This document shows, in pieces, positions 12,201-25,700 of a stretch of 64,000 nucleotides of DNA. This DNA is from Mobula hypostoma. Lineage: Eukaryota. Below the pieces are notes generated by a model. It was not told where the DNA came from. It made no database searches and saw only the letters and a list, made by a program, of their open reading frames with translations. The position numbers and the translations under genes are program-made. Positions within the stretch are counted from its first letter, which is position 1. Every line of letters begins with the position of its first letter. Location: positions 22,880,001-22,944,000 of the forward strand of contig NC_086097.1 in the NCBI RefSeq assembly GCF_963921235.1, given 5' to 3'.

Positions 12201-12469
12201 TACTATCAAAAGAGCTTTAGAAGATAGGAACAGAAGTAGAGCACTCTCAAGCCTACTGTGACATTCATAGAAACATAGAAAACCTACAACATAATACAGG
12301 CCTTTCGGCCTACAATACTTCCTTTAGAAATTATCTCGGTTTATCCAAAGCCGTCTATTTTTCTAAGCTCCATGTACCTATCCAGAAGTCTCTTAAAAGG
12401 CCCTATTGTATCCGCCTCCACCACTGTCACTGGCGGCCCATTCCAAGCACTCACCACTCTCTGAGTAAT

Positions 12470-13075
12470 ATGATCTGGATCAGAACCAAGTTTTCCATCA
12501 CTGACATATATCATGAAGTTTGTTGTTTTGTGGCAGCAGTACAGGGCAAGACATAAAAAAAAGTTACAGAACAAATACATTAGTGCAAAAGGTAAATAGT
12601 GAGGTAGTGTTCATGGGTTCATGAACCATTCAGAACTGTAATGGCAGAGGGGAAGAAGATGTTCCCCTAACATTGATTTTGGGTCATCAGGTTCCTCGAC
12701 CTCCAGCTCTGTTGGCAGTAATGTGAAGTGGCATGTCCTGGATGGTGAGGGATTTTAATGATGGATGCTACTTTCCTGTGGCACCCATCTCTTGAAGGTG
12801 TTCTCAGTGGTGGGAAGGACGGTGCCCATGATGAACTGGTTGAGTCTACAACCCTCTGCATCCTCTTGCAGTCCCATGCATTTGAGCCTTCGTACCAGGC
12901 GGTGATGCAACCAGTAAGAATGCTCTCCACCGTACAATCTGTAGAAATTTGCAAGAGTGTCTCTGGTGACATACCAAACCTGCTCAAAGCCCTAGTGAAG
13001 TATAGCTGCTGGTGTAGCTTCTTCATGATCACAACAATGAGGCGGGCCCAGGATGGATCCTCTGGTGTTGGCTGA
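12470..13075 (-). mobile_element. Rex1/Babar-type LINE 3' fragment
   Basis: ORF 12667..13032 'QQLYFTRALSRFGMS...VESILTGCITAWY...IIKIPHHPGH'. Confidence 0.85.
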
Positions 13076-15233
13076 TCTGCCCCAGTTCATCTCCAGTCTT
13101 GTGCCTGTTCCTAAGTGCTCTCAGATCCCCCATTTTTCAAAACGGTCTCGACTTCATGTTTAATTGCACCCCAATCATTCTAATTACATTGGGCCATGGA
13201 GGCAAACTATACCCAATTACATACTTTAAGTACGGTCACTTGCGGTATAATCTTTTCGCACATTCGCGTATGCGTTGTTTGTCATTTTTTCTCTGTTATG
13301 TACAGTTTTCCATAAAATTCCATTGTATTTCTTTTCTTCAAGTTCAAGTTTAATTGTCATCCAACCATACGCATGTATACAGCTAAACGAAAAAGCGTTC
13401 TTCCTGGGCCAAGGTGCAAAGCACAGTACATACAGTCGCACTCAGAAAATACAATCTCACACAGCACATGTAGTAATTACAGCACATGCAGTCACAAAAT
13501 AATATTAGCACCAGTCCCTGAGTGTCATGGCCTGAAGACTGATGCTGAAAGGATGTTATCCGGCGGCCACGCTTCTTCAAGAGCAAGCATGCAGCAGTTT
13601 CTCATTGCTCACAGCCGCAGAAGAAACGCCCGCAAGAAAATGAATCTCAGGGTTGTATATGGAAACATATATGTACTTTTATAATAAATTTACTTTGAAC
13701 TTTGAAGCACTTGAGTAAAATTTCACCCAGGTGCTTTTTCTGCCGGACATCCTGCACTTCAGGAGACAAAGAGTAAGGATTAAAAATTAAGGGGATATAA
13801 TTACAGATGTTATTTTGCTGCAGTAATTCAAGCATTAAAGTTACAAAATATTGATTTTGAGAACTGGAGTAAATTATCAATTCACTCTTATCAACTGACT
13901 GAATAAATAAACTGGCCTTGTAGACTAGCCACAAAATACAAACTGATTCTGAGTCCATTAAATTGAAAATCTAGGCCTATAAAGCAAGCTAAGTATGTAG
14001 AGATTTTATTTAAAGATTGGTATTTAAATAGCTTCTGGTAGAAAAGTTCAGAGTTGGAATTTTTCCTTTTGTTGGATGCCACTTCCCTCTTCAGGTCGAT
14101 TCCAATTTCGTCTCACGTCCAACAATATCTCTGTTTCAAAGTTCTTCATCTCATTGAAGACCTCGGATCTTCAATGATATGATCCACTGACTCTGCTTCT
14201 CCACTTCTGCTCTTGCACCTCTCTGATTTTAGTGCATGAGCCCTTAGCTGCTAGTTCTAAAGGTGTTTATCGATCCCCTTGCATTTACCCATTAAGATGT
14301 TCTTACAAACTCTCACTTTGACTCCCACTAGGAACCAACCAACCCCAAACCTCTTCCTCAACTCCTGAAGTTTATCCTCTTGTGTGGTTCCCCATTTAAT
14401 TTTGTTTGATACTGTAATATTGCCATGAAGCACTTCAAATCACATTTATTATCACTGACACATGTCATGAAATTTGTTGCTTTGCCGCAGCAGTGCAATA
14501 TAATACATGAAAATACAATGTTACAATAAGTGATATAAAAAATAAAACAAGCAGTGCAAAAACAGAACAAAATAGTAAAGTAATGTTCATGGGTTCATGG
14601 ACCATTCAGAAATCTGATGACAGGGTGGAAGAAGCTGTTTCTAAAACATTGAGTGTGTGTCTTCAGGCTCCCTTACCTCTACCCCAATGAAAATAACGAG
14701 AAGAGGGCATGTCTTGATGGTGGGGGTTCTCAATAATGAAAGCACTGTGCAGATTGTGGTGCTTTGGGATGTTTACCTGCATTGGAATGATCAGACAAAG
14801 TCACAAGGTAGGTGGGTGGACAGAACAGGGAATTTCGAGTAATTACATACTCATACATCTCCAGCCGTTCTTTCCTCAGCAACAAGGAAACAAGGACTCA
14901 GATTGATAAAGCTTTGTACTCGGTACATCAAGAAACATTTCCTTTCACCTTTCGTGCGCAAGGTTATGATTAAAGTTAGTGGCAGGCAAACTTTAATGTC
15001 AAAACAGTCCTTGCAAGCACAGAGCTGCATCATAACACTCAGAATGTTATTGTTTCAGCTTGACACACAATGTACATGTGGTCCCCATTCAATTGCTTGC
15101 AGCCTAAAGAAAATAAGAAAATCAACTAGCATATTTGTACAGGCTTTGGAAGCCACAAAATTTTTATACAACTGCATCAGTCAAAATGATACATTACATC
15201 CATCATTATTGTGACTTAATTTTCTTATATATA

Positions 15234-15747
15234 CACTCATTGGCTAGCGTAATAAGGTACACCGGTACACCTGCTTGTAATGCAAATATCTAATCAGCCA
15301 ATCATGCAGCAGCAACTCAATACATAACAGCATGCAGATGTGGCCGAGAAGTTCAGTTGTTGTTCAGATCAAACATCGGAATGGAGGAAAAATGTGATTT
15401 AAGTGACTTTGACTGTGGAATGATTGTTGGTGCCAGTTAGGGTGGTTTGAGTATTTCAGAAACTGCTGATCTCCTGGGACTTTCATGCACAACTATCTCT
15501 AGAGTTTACAGAGACTGTGTGAAAAATAAAGTAAACCCAGCCAGTGAGTGGCAGTTCTGTGAACAAAAACACCTTGTTAATGAGAAAGGTTAGAGGAGAA
15601 TGGCCAGGCTGGTTAAAGCTGACAGAAAGGTGACAGTAATTCAGATAACCAGGCATTATAACAGTGGCATGCAGAAGAGCATTTCAGAATGTACAGCATA
15701 GCTCACACTGGGCTCAACTCTTGCACTTAATAAATAGCCACTCAGTG
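15234..15747 (+). mobile_element. Tc1-family deletion derivative with both TIRs
   Basis: TA|CACTCATTGGC...GCCACTCAGTG|TA; interior is a degenerate Tc1 transposase N-terminus (KCDLSDFDCGMIVGA..GGLSISETADLLG). Confidence 0.85.
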
Positions 15748-16029
15748 TATATCACTTTAATGAAGCTCTCGGTAACTCGTCCTAGAACTTTTCCTTAATA
15801 GAACAGAAAATACTGCAGGCTTCAGTAACCAGAGAGGCAGGGTTGGGGTCAATGTTCCAACTGAATATCCTTCAGGCAAAACTGAAAGTAGTTACAGATT
15901 TAACAATTTTAGGAAATACTGTAGTGGGGGATCGAGGTTTGGGAGGAAGGAGAGAACAAACTAAAAGTTCTGTACTTGAGTGAATGATCAGTGTACTGAT
16001 TTGGCAGGATAATACTACAAGGCTTAATG

Positions 16030-16970
16030 TGGTTGGCTGCTGGTAACAAGTGATGTTGCTCGTGGGTTGGTCTTAGGACTGCTTCTTTTCATACTGTATA
16101 TCAGTGATTTTGATCATGGAATTGATGACTTTGTGGCCAGGTTTGCAGATGATATGAAAATAACTGGAACTGCAGATAGTTTTGAGGAAGCAGGGAGTCT
16201 GCAGAAGACTGACATTTTAGAAGAATGGATAAAGAAGTGGCAAATGGAATATAGTTCAGGGAAGTGTATGGTCTTGCACTTTGGTAGAAAGAATAAAGGC
16301 ATAGGCTATATTCTAAACGTGGATAAAATTCTGAAATCAGAGATGCAAAGGGAGTCATCATGCAGGTAGAGTTGGTAAGGGAGGCAAATGCAATGTTAGC
16401 ATTAATTTCGAGAGGACTAGAATATAAAGGTGAAGATGTAATACTGAGGCTTCATAAGATAGTGGTCACATCACACTTTTGGGCCCCTTATTTAAAAAAA
16501 ATATATGTGAGGGTTCAGTAGAGGTTCACAAGATTATCCATGCAATGAGAGGGTTAACGCATGGTGTTTAGAAGATTGAGGAGGGTTCTCACTGAAACCT
16601 ATCTAATATTGAAAGGTCTGAATAGAGTGGATGTGGGGAGGATGTTTTCTACCGTGGATGAGTCCTTGACCAGAGGGCAAAGTCTCACAATAGAAGGATG
16701 TCCATTTAGAACAGAGATGAGGAAGAATTTCGTTAGCCAGAGGTTAGTGAATCTGTGGAATTCGTTACCACAGACAGCTGTGGAAGCCAGGTCGTGGTGT
16801 ATATTTAAAGCAGAGGTTGTTAGGTTCTTGATTAGTCAGGGTGTTGAAAGCTATAGGAGAAGGCAGGTGAATAGGTTAGAGATGGATAATAAATTAGCCT
16901 TGATGAAATAATGGAGCAGACTTGATGGGCTGAATGGCCTAATTCAGCTCCTATGTATTATATGCCTTAT
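16030..16970 (+). mobile_element. CR1 LINE fragment (RT C-terminus to 3' end)
   Basis: 'VLGLLLFILYISD...FADDMKI', 'KWQMEY..GKCMVLHFG', 'NFVSQRLVNLWNSLPQ'. Confidence 0.9.
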
Positions 16971-17770
16971 GTGTGTCATTGAAACAAATAAAGGAAAACA
17001 AGACAGTTTAAGAGGAGTTATAACTGCCCACAACAGAACCATTACCAGCATATTCTAAGCAAAAATGAAAAGCAGTGGTAAGTAATATCTCATCTCCTTA
17101 AACACCTCTGTTAATTTCTGAACAGTAATGCTCCTTCAGAGCATTTATTTCATTAAAAAAGCCTTACAAATGCAAACTGTTGTTGAATATGTTGCAGGTT
17201 CTTTTTCTCCATGTTGTCATTCCTCCAGTAAATTTTATTTTTCAAATTCCTACGCTCATTTGAATTTCTTAAGAAAAATCTGATTATATTTGATTGTGCA
17301 CATGAATAAACAGTGAAGATTACAGTTTGAGGAAAGCATTTTGGTGATTATCTAGATTGTATAATTGGCAGAAAATTAAGAAGAACTGTTGAATCCTCAA
17401 GAATTAAGAGGATTCAAAGTTACATGAATGAAACAAGTTTGAACAAAGTTGAGGTTAATCAAATTGTTATTTACAAAGTTGAGGTCAATCAAGTTATAGT
17501 GGGAAAACTAAACCAAAAACCAAAACAAAACAATTGCCACTAGCCTGCGGCCACTGCGGAGTTGTTATATTTGCGTGACGTGCCATCGGCGGTCAACAAA
17601 AGATATGACCTCTGCGGTCCCAAGCTACAATACTCTCCTGAAATAAGCAAGAATACGTAACTTATTCCCTTCACTTTTATCACACCCTCACTCATATGGC
17701 TAGTTACCATAATAAACGCGAAATATAGATAGAGAACAGATACATGGCTCCGACACCAGTTGTTAATGAC

Positions 17771-18015
17771 AACACACACAAAATGCTGGAGGAACTCAGC
17801 AGGTCAGATAGCATCTATGGGGCAAGTAAACAGTGATGGTTTGGGTCAGGACTAAACCTATGCTGCTGGGGGTGGGGTGGGGGTGGTATTGGTGCTCCTT
17901 AGAGCACATCCTTAGAGTCCTGCTGAAGGGTCTCAGCCCAAAATGGTAACTGTACTCTTTTCCATAAATGCTACCTGGCCTGCTGAGTTCCTCCAGCATT
18001 TTGTGTGTGTTGCTT
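17771..18015. mobile_element. Fold-back Penelope-derived element
   Basis: aacacacacaaaatgctggaggaactcagcagg...cctgctgagttcctccagcattttgtgtgtgtt inverted arms. Confidence 0.8.
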
Positions 18016-18084
18016 AGATTGTGTTGGCTGTTAATGACTTGATGTATATGAGATAAATAAATCAGGTTTGGAAAGGAAAGGTCC

Positions 18085-18580
18085 AAACACCCTTCATCAG
18101 GATTGGAAAGAAAAGGGGCAGAAGCCAGAATAAGGAGTTGTGAGCTGGCAGGTGATAGGAGAGACCAGGTGGGGGAGAGGGGAATGAAGTAAGAATCTGG
18201 AAGGTGATTGGTGGAGATGGGAAAGGGCTGAAGAAGGAGGAATCTGATATGAGAGGACAATAGAGATGGGAGAAAGGGAAGGAAGGAGGGGACCCAGAGT
18301 GAGGCACTGGGCAGATGAGGAGAAGAAAACAGGTGAGAGGGGAACGAAATGGGGGACGGAAAAAGAGAGAATGGAGGGGTCGGAAATTTCCAGATGATAA
18401 GAACATTTGATGCTCATGCCATCAGGTTGGAGGCTACCCTGGTAAGTGTTTCTCCTCCAACTTGAGGGTGGTCACATCATGACAGTAGAGAAGGCCATGG
18501 ACCAAAATGGGAATGGTAAGTAGAATTAAAATGAGTGACCACCGGGAAATCCCATCTTTGTAGCGGACAGAGCGAAGGAG
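18085..18580 (-). mobile_element. Penelope-like 3' fragment
   Basis: Purine-rich 3' region plus GIY-YIG C-terminal remnant, homologous to 39500-40050. Confidence 0.75.
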
Positions 18581-19399
18581 AAACATTGAAGTCTGGAAAA
18601 GGTATTAGGATTCCCTTTTAAAAAGATAATTCATGGAAGATTATTGCAAAGTAAGTGTTTGATTAGGATGTGTTTTGTATATCCTGTCTCCAAGTTCAAT
18701 GGCTTTAACAGAAAAAAACTGATGAAATGGGTTGGGTGATGTGATGCACCCCTCAATGAGCAGGGTCATGACCGCCTGCTTTTTGATGCTATTTGAAGGT
18801 TTATCGATTTATCTTTGCTTCTGTTTGCCATATCTTCAGACTTGAAATTAAATGTTCTGATGTAAATCAGGAATAAAATTCATTCAGGATCTACATCCCT
18901 TTGGACTGTAAAGTAGAGTCTTATGTTGAATTTTATTTATTGTTTAGTGGCCTTACAATTGACATTGTTCTCTCCAGCAGTTGGTTTCAATTAAGCTGAC
19001 TGGTTGTTCTGTTCCATGATAAGTGAGCTTTAGGCCATGAGCCTTTTTCTGCCAAATTCTGTCGTTATTTTCATTCTCTCTGACCCCATTTAATGTTGGG
19101 TGTGTGAAAGGTAAATATGAAATCATTATTTTTAAATCAGTTTTCGCTTTGCTTAGAGCAATATAGTGGGCTAAGGGAATTCTCTGTAATTTTTTTAATG
19201 ATTATATTACTCTTGTTGAAAGGACAAATGTCAAGAATGAAGAATGTTTCTGAGAGAGATAAAAGGTAAAATGGTCTGTTTCTGTGCTGTAGTACTGTAT
19301 TTTGTATCCTTGTGGAGTGATTTGTTTCAAACTGAGGCTTTTAAAATTGACCAGGGCATTGGCAGGATATAGTCTTTCTGCTTTGGGATGTGAATTTCA

Positions 19400-19880
19400 A
19401 AGGACAGATAAGATTGAGGAGGTTTACAATAATCCAGGAATGAAAGGGTTAACATATGAGGTGCTTTTGTTGGTTCTGGGCCTGCGCCCACCGAAGTTTA
19501 GAAGAATGAGGAGGGAACTTATCAAATATTGAAAGGTCTAGGACGTGAAGAGGATGTTTCATAGTGGGAGAGTCTAGGACCTGAGGGCACAGCCTCAGGA
19601 TACAAGGATGTCCCTTCAGAACAGAAGTGAGGAAGAAATCTTTTAACCAAAGACTGATATATCTGTGGAATTCATTGCCACAGATGTCAGCGGATACCAA
19701 ATCATTGGATATATTTAATGCCGAGGTTGATAGATCCCTGATTAGTCAGGGCAAAGGTTATGGGGGAAAGGGAGGAGAGGATAATAAAATAATGGATAAT
19801 AAATCGGCCATGATGGAATTTTAGAGCAGACACAATGGACCAGATGACCTAATTCTGCTCCTGTGCCTTATGTCTTATGA
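19400..19880 (+). mobile_element. CR1 LINE 3' fragment
   Basis: 'PGMKGLTYE', 'FNQRLIYLWNSLPQ'; tail 'cctaattctgctcct...tgtcttatg'. Confidence 0.85.
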
Positions 19881-22199
19881 TCTGAATGAAATTAAGTGCC
19901 AAGAAATCAAAGTCAAAGTAAATTTATTGTCAAAGAACTTATATGTCACTATTTACTACCCTGAGATTCATTTTGTTGCAGAGATTGACAGGAAAATAAA
20001 GAAGTACAATAGAATTTATGAAAAAGCCATACATAAACAAAGGCTGACGACCAACCAATGTGCAGAAAGACAAATCGTACAAATAAAAAATAAATAAATA
20101 ATACTGAGAACATGCTTTGTAGAGTCCTTGAAAGTGAGACTGTAGGTTGTGGAATCAGTTCAGAGTTGAGGTGAGTGAAGTTTTCCATGCCAATTCAGGA
20201 GCCAGCTGGTTGTAGGAGTGCAGGAACGTTTGCCAGATGGTTGTAAGAAATTATACCTTATATGACTTTTGAACTCTGAGTTCTCCTGCATTTCTTGATC
20301 ATGCAAGTTAGGTTGCAACTCATTCTTGTTCTTGGGATTAATATTTTACTTTAAATTTTCATTGCATAAATGGTGTACGGCAGATTTTGTTTTTACGGGA
20401 GGGAACATGATGGAGTTGTGCTATCGATGAACTAAGGCATAGAAAATGATTTTATCCTTTTTGATTTGGCCTTGACACCAATACCCCAGTTGCCAAAAAG
20501 AGGCACAAAAGCCTCAGTCAAAGAAATGTGGCTCTCTCTCTTTGAGCCTAGCTGGCATGATCACAACATGGGTTGCTCAAGAGATGAGTGAACTGGTGTA
20601 TAAGATAATAAGAGGCATTGATAAAGTGGACTGCCAGTGTTTCCTAACACCCCCCCCCCAGGTGGAGGGGCGATGACTAATATGTGGAGGTATGCCAGGG
20701 GTAGGATTTTTGCACTGAGAGTGGTGGGTGTGTGGAATGTGCTGCCAGGGTGATGGCAGAGGCAGATACATTAGAGACATTTAAGAGTCTCTTAGACAGG
20801 CACATGGATGAAAGAAAAATGGAAGGCTCTGCAAATGGGAAGTGCTACTCCCCGCCTCACTCTCAGTTTATCCTATTCTCCACTTAAGAGGATAGAACAT
20901 AGAACCCTAAAGCCCAGTACAGGCCTTTCAGCCCGCAATGCTGTACTGACCTGTTAACCCACTCAAAGGTCAATCTAAAGGTTAAAGTAAATTTATATCA
21001 AAGTTCATATATGTCTCCATTTACAACCAAGATTCATTTTCTTGTGGGCATACTCAATAAATCTATAGAATTATGACCATAAATGGTTGAATGCCGTAGT
21101 TAAATGCCCAACCAGTTTGAGAATGTCAGTGTGTTGGTACCGGAGGCGAGGGTCAGGATGGTTTAACTCGCTGTTCTGCGAGGTTTACTCACCTCTGCAC
21201 TGAACTGAGCCTGTGCCCTAAACCTAGTGGGCTTTGGAATCAGCTGCAGTGATGACTGGCTTTGCAGCTGTGGACTTTGTGAACTTCATTTGCCTACCTT
21301 TATTGTTTGCACGATGATTTGCTTTTTCATCTACATATTGATTGATGGTCTTCATTTCTTTAATAGGTTCTATTGGGTTTCTTTGTTTTGTGGCTGCCTG
21401 TAAGGAGACAAATCTCAAGGTTATATAAAGTATACATACTTTGATAATAATTGTACTTTGAACTTTGAGTACAGGGTATCGGGGGAGATCACGAGGGGAT
21501 GAGGGAGATCACAAATGGGAAAAAAAATTGGAGACAAAGCGGAACATGGAAAGGAAAAGCTTAAAATGGGCAGTAGTGTCCAATGAAATATCTCGTACAG
21601 GTGTGATGTTTGACATGCTTCATGCTATGATCAGTTCACTGCTACAGCAATCAAAGGACTGCAGATTGCAGCATCTTGCATTGAGGCAGAGCATGCAGAG
21701 GTGACATGCTGTCTCTTTGCAGAAGGATAGCACATGGAAAGCAATTTGAAATTGCTTTATTATTGTCACGTGAAAAGTTTGTCTTGCATACTGTTCATAC
21801 AGATCAATCCATTGCACTCTGCAATGAAGTAGAACAAGGTAAAACAATCACAGAATGCAGAATATAGTGTAACAAGTACAACGCAGGTAAACAATAAGGT
21901 GCAATGTGGATTGTGAGGTCAAGAGTCCATCTTATCATACTAGGAAATCATTAAGTAGTTTTGGGTAGGAGCTGAACTTGAGCCTAGTTGTATATGTTTT
22001 CAGGATTTTGTATTCAGTCACGTTAAAATCTATGTCCCAGCAGAGACCCTTTAAGTCAGTTCTGGTCCTGGATTTGTTGTGCGGCTTATTCCATGCTTTC
22101 ATTGGAGGGAACATCAAGGTGTAGAACAACCTTCTGATTCTATTTTTGTCACTGTGCCCATAACTCACTGATGATGTCATCTCTTGAGGAAAATATTTT

Positions 22200-22475
22200 G
22201 GGCACCCTGGTGGCTTAGTGGTTAGGGGGACGCTATTGCAGCTCGGGGTCTATCGGTAAGGAGTCTCTGTACATCCTTCCCAGTGAAATGAATGGGTTTT
22301 CCCTGGAGGCTCCAGTTTCCTCCCACAGTTCAAAGACGTACCAGGTAGGTTAATTGTTCATTGTTAATTGTCCTGTGATGAGGTTAACGGTAATCAGAGT
22401 TATCCAGGGTTGCCGGGGTGGTGTAGCTCGAAAGGCCAGAAGGACCTACCACACTGTATTACTGAATAAATAAAA
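22200..22475 (+). mobile_element. V-SINE (HE1-like) with CR1-type tail
   Basis: A-box 'tggcttagtggtt', V-domain, 'ggccagaaggacct...aataaataaa'. Confidence 0.75.
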
Positions 22476-22711
22476 ATCGATTTCTAGTTTTAAGCCTATT
22501 TTCCAAACATTCTGTAATGCTTTTAGAGCTAAAATTGATATTTACTACCCATTTAGCTTTTTTTTCCTGTAAATGTAAATCCTGATTATATATTGTTTGA
22601 TTGTACTAACCTTCATGATTACCCTTTTGGGAGCCCAATGAAAAGCAAGATATATATTCTAGCTGCACGATTTTCAGCTTGAATTAATTAAATCGTGTTT
22701 ATGAATAAAGG

Positions 22712-23000
22712 CTTACCACACGGTAGCGTGGTGGTTAGCACAATGCTTTACAGTGCCAGTGGCCAGGGTTCAATTCTCATTGCTGACCTTAAGGAGTTTG
22801 TATGTTCTCCCCGTGACTGCGTGGGTTTCCTCTGGGTGCCCCCGGTTTCTTCCCTCAGTCCAAAGACGTACCAGTTGGTCGGTTAATTGGTCACTGTAAA
22901 TTGTCCTGTGATTTAGGCTAGGGTTAAGTTGAGGGATTGCTGTGTGGTGTGTCTCACAGAGCTGGAAGGACCTGTTCTGGGCTGCATCTCAAGAAATAAA
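22712..23000 (+). mobile_element. V-SINE (HE1-like), well preserved
   Basis: 'ggtagcgtggtggttagc' A box, 'ggttcaattc' B box, V-domain 'gtttgtatgttctccccgtgactgcgtgggtttcctc'. Confidence 0.85.
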
Positions 23001-23102
23001 TTAATGAACAATCTTGTGAAAATCAGTTAAAGACAACAGATATTTTGTGGCTGTAATACTGGTGATATGAATGCGAGAATGCCATTCACATCTGTAGTTG
23101 TG

Positions 23103-23450
23103 AACTTCCCATGATTCAGGACATTTACAAGGACAGGTGTGTAAAAAGGGCCTGTAGGATCATCGGGGACCTGAGTCACCCTAACCACAAACTGTTCCAG
23201 CTGCTACCATCTGGGAAGCGGTACCACAGCATAAAAGCCAGGACCAACAGGCTCCTGGACAGCTTCTTCTGCCAGGCCATCAGACTGGTGAACTCACGCT
23301 GATTTGCTTGTATTTCCATGTTACATTGACTGTTCTATTTATTATAAATTACTACGATTGCACATGCACATTTAGATGGGGGCGTAACGTAAAGATTTTT
23401 ACTCATGTATGTGAAGGATGTAAGAAATAAAGTCAATTCAATTCAATTCG
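23103..23450 (+). mobile_element. Rex1/Babar-type LINE 3' end
   Basis: 'IIGDLSHPNHKLFQLLPSGKRY...RTNRLLDSFFCQAIRLVN*'; AATAAA and (caatt)n tail. Confidence 0.9.
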
Positions 23451-23579
23451 AAAGCCACTGCCAAATCATTGATTTTAAAATAATTGTGTAGCATTAGTTA
23501 TTGGGAAACATCTGATACTGATTGATCACTTTTATATTTTCATAAGTAATGGTTTATAGAAGGTAGCACAGAAAACATT

Positions 23580-23980
23580 GAACCATGGGGAAAGGTTGAC
23601 TAGGACTTTATTCTCTAGAGTGCAAGAGAATGCTCGGAGGTCTCACAGAGATATAGAAAATTATGAGGGGTGAATGCATGCAGGCTATTTCCCCTCAGGT
23701 TGGGGAAGACTAGAAATAGGTGTCAAAGATTTAGGGAGGAAGGTGAAATATTTAAGGGGAACCTGAGGGAAAACTTCTTCACTGAGAGGGTGGAATAATC
23801 TGACAGTGGACGTGTAAGTTGTGGTTCAATTGTAACATGTAAGAGAAGTTTGGATAGGCACGTGGATGGAAGGGACTTGGAGGGATATGTTTTGGTACAG
23901 GTCGATGGGACCAGGCAGAAGATCTGGTCAGCACGGACTAGATGGGCTGAAGGGTCCGATTCAGCACTGTAAAGCTCTAA
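23580..23980 (+). mobile_element. CR1 LINE 3' fragment (degenerate)
   Basis: 'aaacttcttcactgagagggtgg' and 'gatgggctgaagggtc' tail. Confidence 0.75.
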
Positions 23981-24489
23981 AACATGGAAAAGTACATGCA
24001 GGAATAGATATTGGGCCCGTAAAGCTTGCTCTTCTCTTCCACAAGCATCACGGCTGATTCTTGTGGGAGTGCAGTTTAATTCTAGTTTAGCCCGGAGTGT
24101 AAAGTGTCACATGACACATCCACTTCCTTCATCCCTGAATGTCTTGACCAAAGTGTTCATGATGAATGGTCTTCTGCGATGGCAGTATCCTTTCTGAACC
24201 TGATGGTGTGGGATATAAAGCTTTTGTACCTCCTACCCAGTGGGGTGGTGAGAAGAGAGCATGGCTTGGATCGTGCGGTGTCCTCGATGATAAATGCTGC
24301 GTTCTTGTGGAGGGTCCATGTCTACAGAAAAATGTTACTGAAATATGGTGATTGTGTCTGATTCCATTACTTCCTCTGGAGTAAGTTCCAGATATCAACA
24401 GAATCTGTATATATAAAAACTATCCCTGAAATTCTTTCTGAAAACTTCCCCTGAAGACTATTGCTCTTGTTTTTGACACCCTTATGAAT

Positions 24490-24750
24490 GGGCAGAGCAA
24501 GAACATCAGAGCAGTAGGATTGAACGGTTTTACTGAGTCATGTGACAACCGTACACGTTGGGCAACTTGTAGTGTGGGGGTGATGAACTAGCCCGCTGAG
24601 ACGAAAAGATGGACGAGCGAAAGCCTATGTGAGAAAAGAGACACCCCCAGGTATAGGAGGCCCAGTCTGTTCACCACGCGATCAATCAACCACATGCACA
24701 CTTGCCATGTTCTCGCAATCAATCCAGTATGGTTCATCTACAATCGGTGT
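24490..24750 (-). repeat. Solo-LTR-like repeat, copy 1 of 3
   Basis: Homologous to 27730-27990 (+) and 29202-29483 (-); sits within a CR1 fragment. Confidence 0.65.
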
Positions 24751-25411
24751 CCGAGGGCATCCGTCATTTCTCTGCCCTGTATAATTTTATATCCCTGTAA
24801 CCAGTCAGCCTTCAGCCTCCCTTACTCCAGGGAAAGCAAGCCTAGCTTATCCACTCTCAACCAGTAACAGAAGTCCTCCAGTCCATGCAACACCCTGGTG
24901 TAAACTGTAATACACTTTTCATTACTCTGGTGTTGCTTTGGGGACTGCATTACCACTGAAGTCCTCAATTAAGAAGCATTGGTGTGAAGCGGTCTTTAAT
25001 TTCCTTGGGGCACAAAATGTGTACAATGCAAGTTTGTTTGACTTGAGCCAATTTAGAGCAGATATATTGGAAAACCTTAGGGCTTTTCCTTTGGCCTGAA
25101 AGCTTAGTCCTGTGTATGCTGCCTCATGAGTTTGCATTGTCTCATAACATTACCCTATAAATTGATAGCATTTCCGCATTTATACTACTAAATGATCTGT
25201 GACATGCCTTGAAGTGTTTTAATGCTTTCAGCTGGATTTCAAAGTCTGGCATACAGTGATGTGTCTGCAGATACTTTATAACTCTTCCCTGAAAGTCACG
25301 ATGGTTCATTTTACTTTATGGCAAATAGATCATTGACAAACTGAAATATAAAATTAAAAATTTCAAATGAAAAAAATTTAAACACTCAAGTAGGAATTGT
25401 GGGAGCCTTAG

Positions 25412-25700
25412 GTCAAAAGGACATAAGAAATAGGAGCAGGAGTCGATCATCTGACCTGTCGAGTCTGCTCTGCCATTCAATACAATCATGGCTGATCTGG
25501 CCATAGATTGATCTCCACCTACTTGCTTTTTCCCCAAGACCCTTAATTCCCCTACTATGCAAAAATCTATCCAACCTTGTTTTAAATATATTTACTGAGG
25601 TAGCCTCCACTGCTTCATTGGGCAGAGAATTCCACAGATTCACCAGTCTCTGGGAAAAGCAGTTCCTCCTCATCTCCATCCTAAATCTACTCCCCTGAAT
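25412..25700 (-). mobile_element. CR1 LINE 3' end
   Basis: 'MEMRRNCFSQRLVNLWNSLPNEAVEA...FKTRLDRFL'. Confidence 0.9.

Noticed and set aside
13130..13300. CpG-containing unique segment with several short stems
   Set aside because: Only 5-7-bp stems, with no family match or second copy.
22712..22790. tRNA gene
   Set aside because: A/B boxes run directly into a V-SINE core and there is no full cloverleaf.
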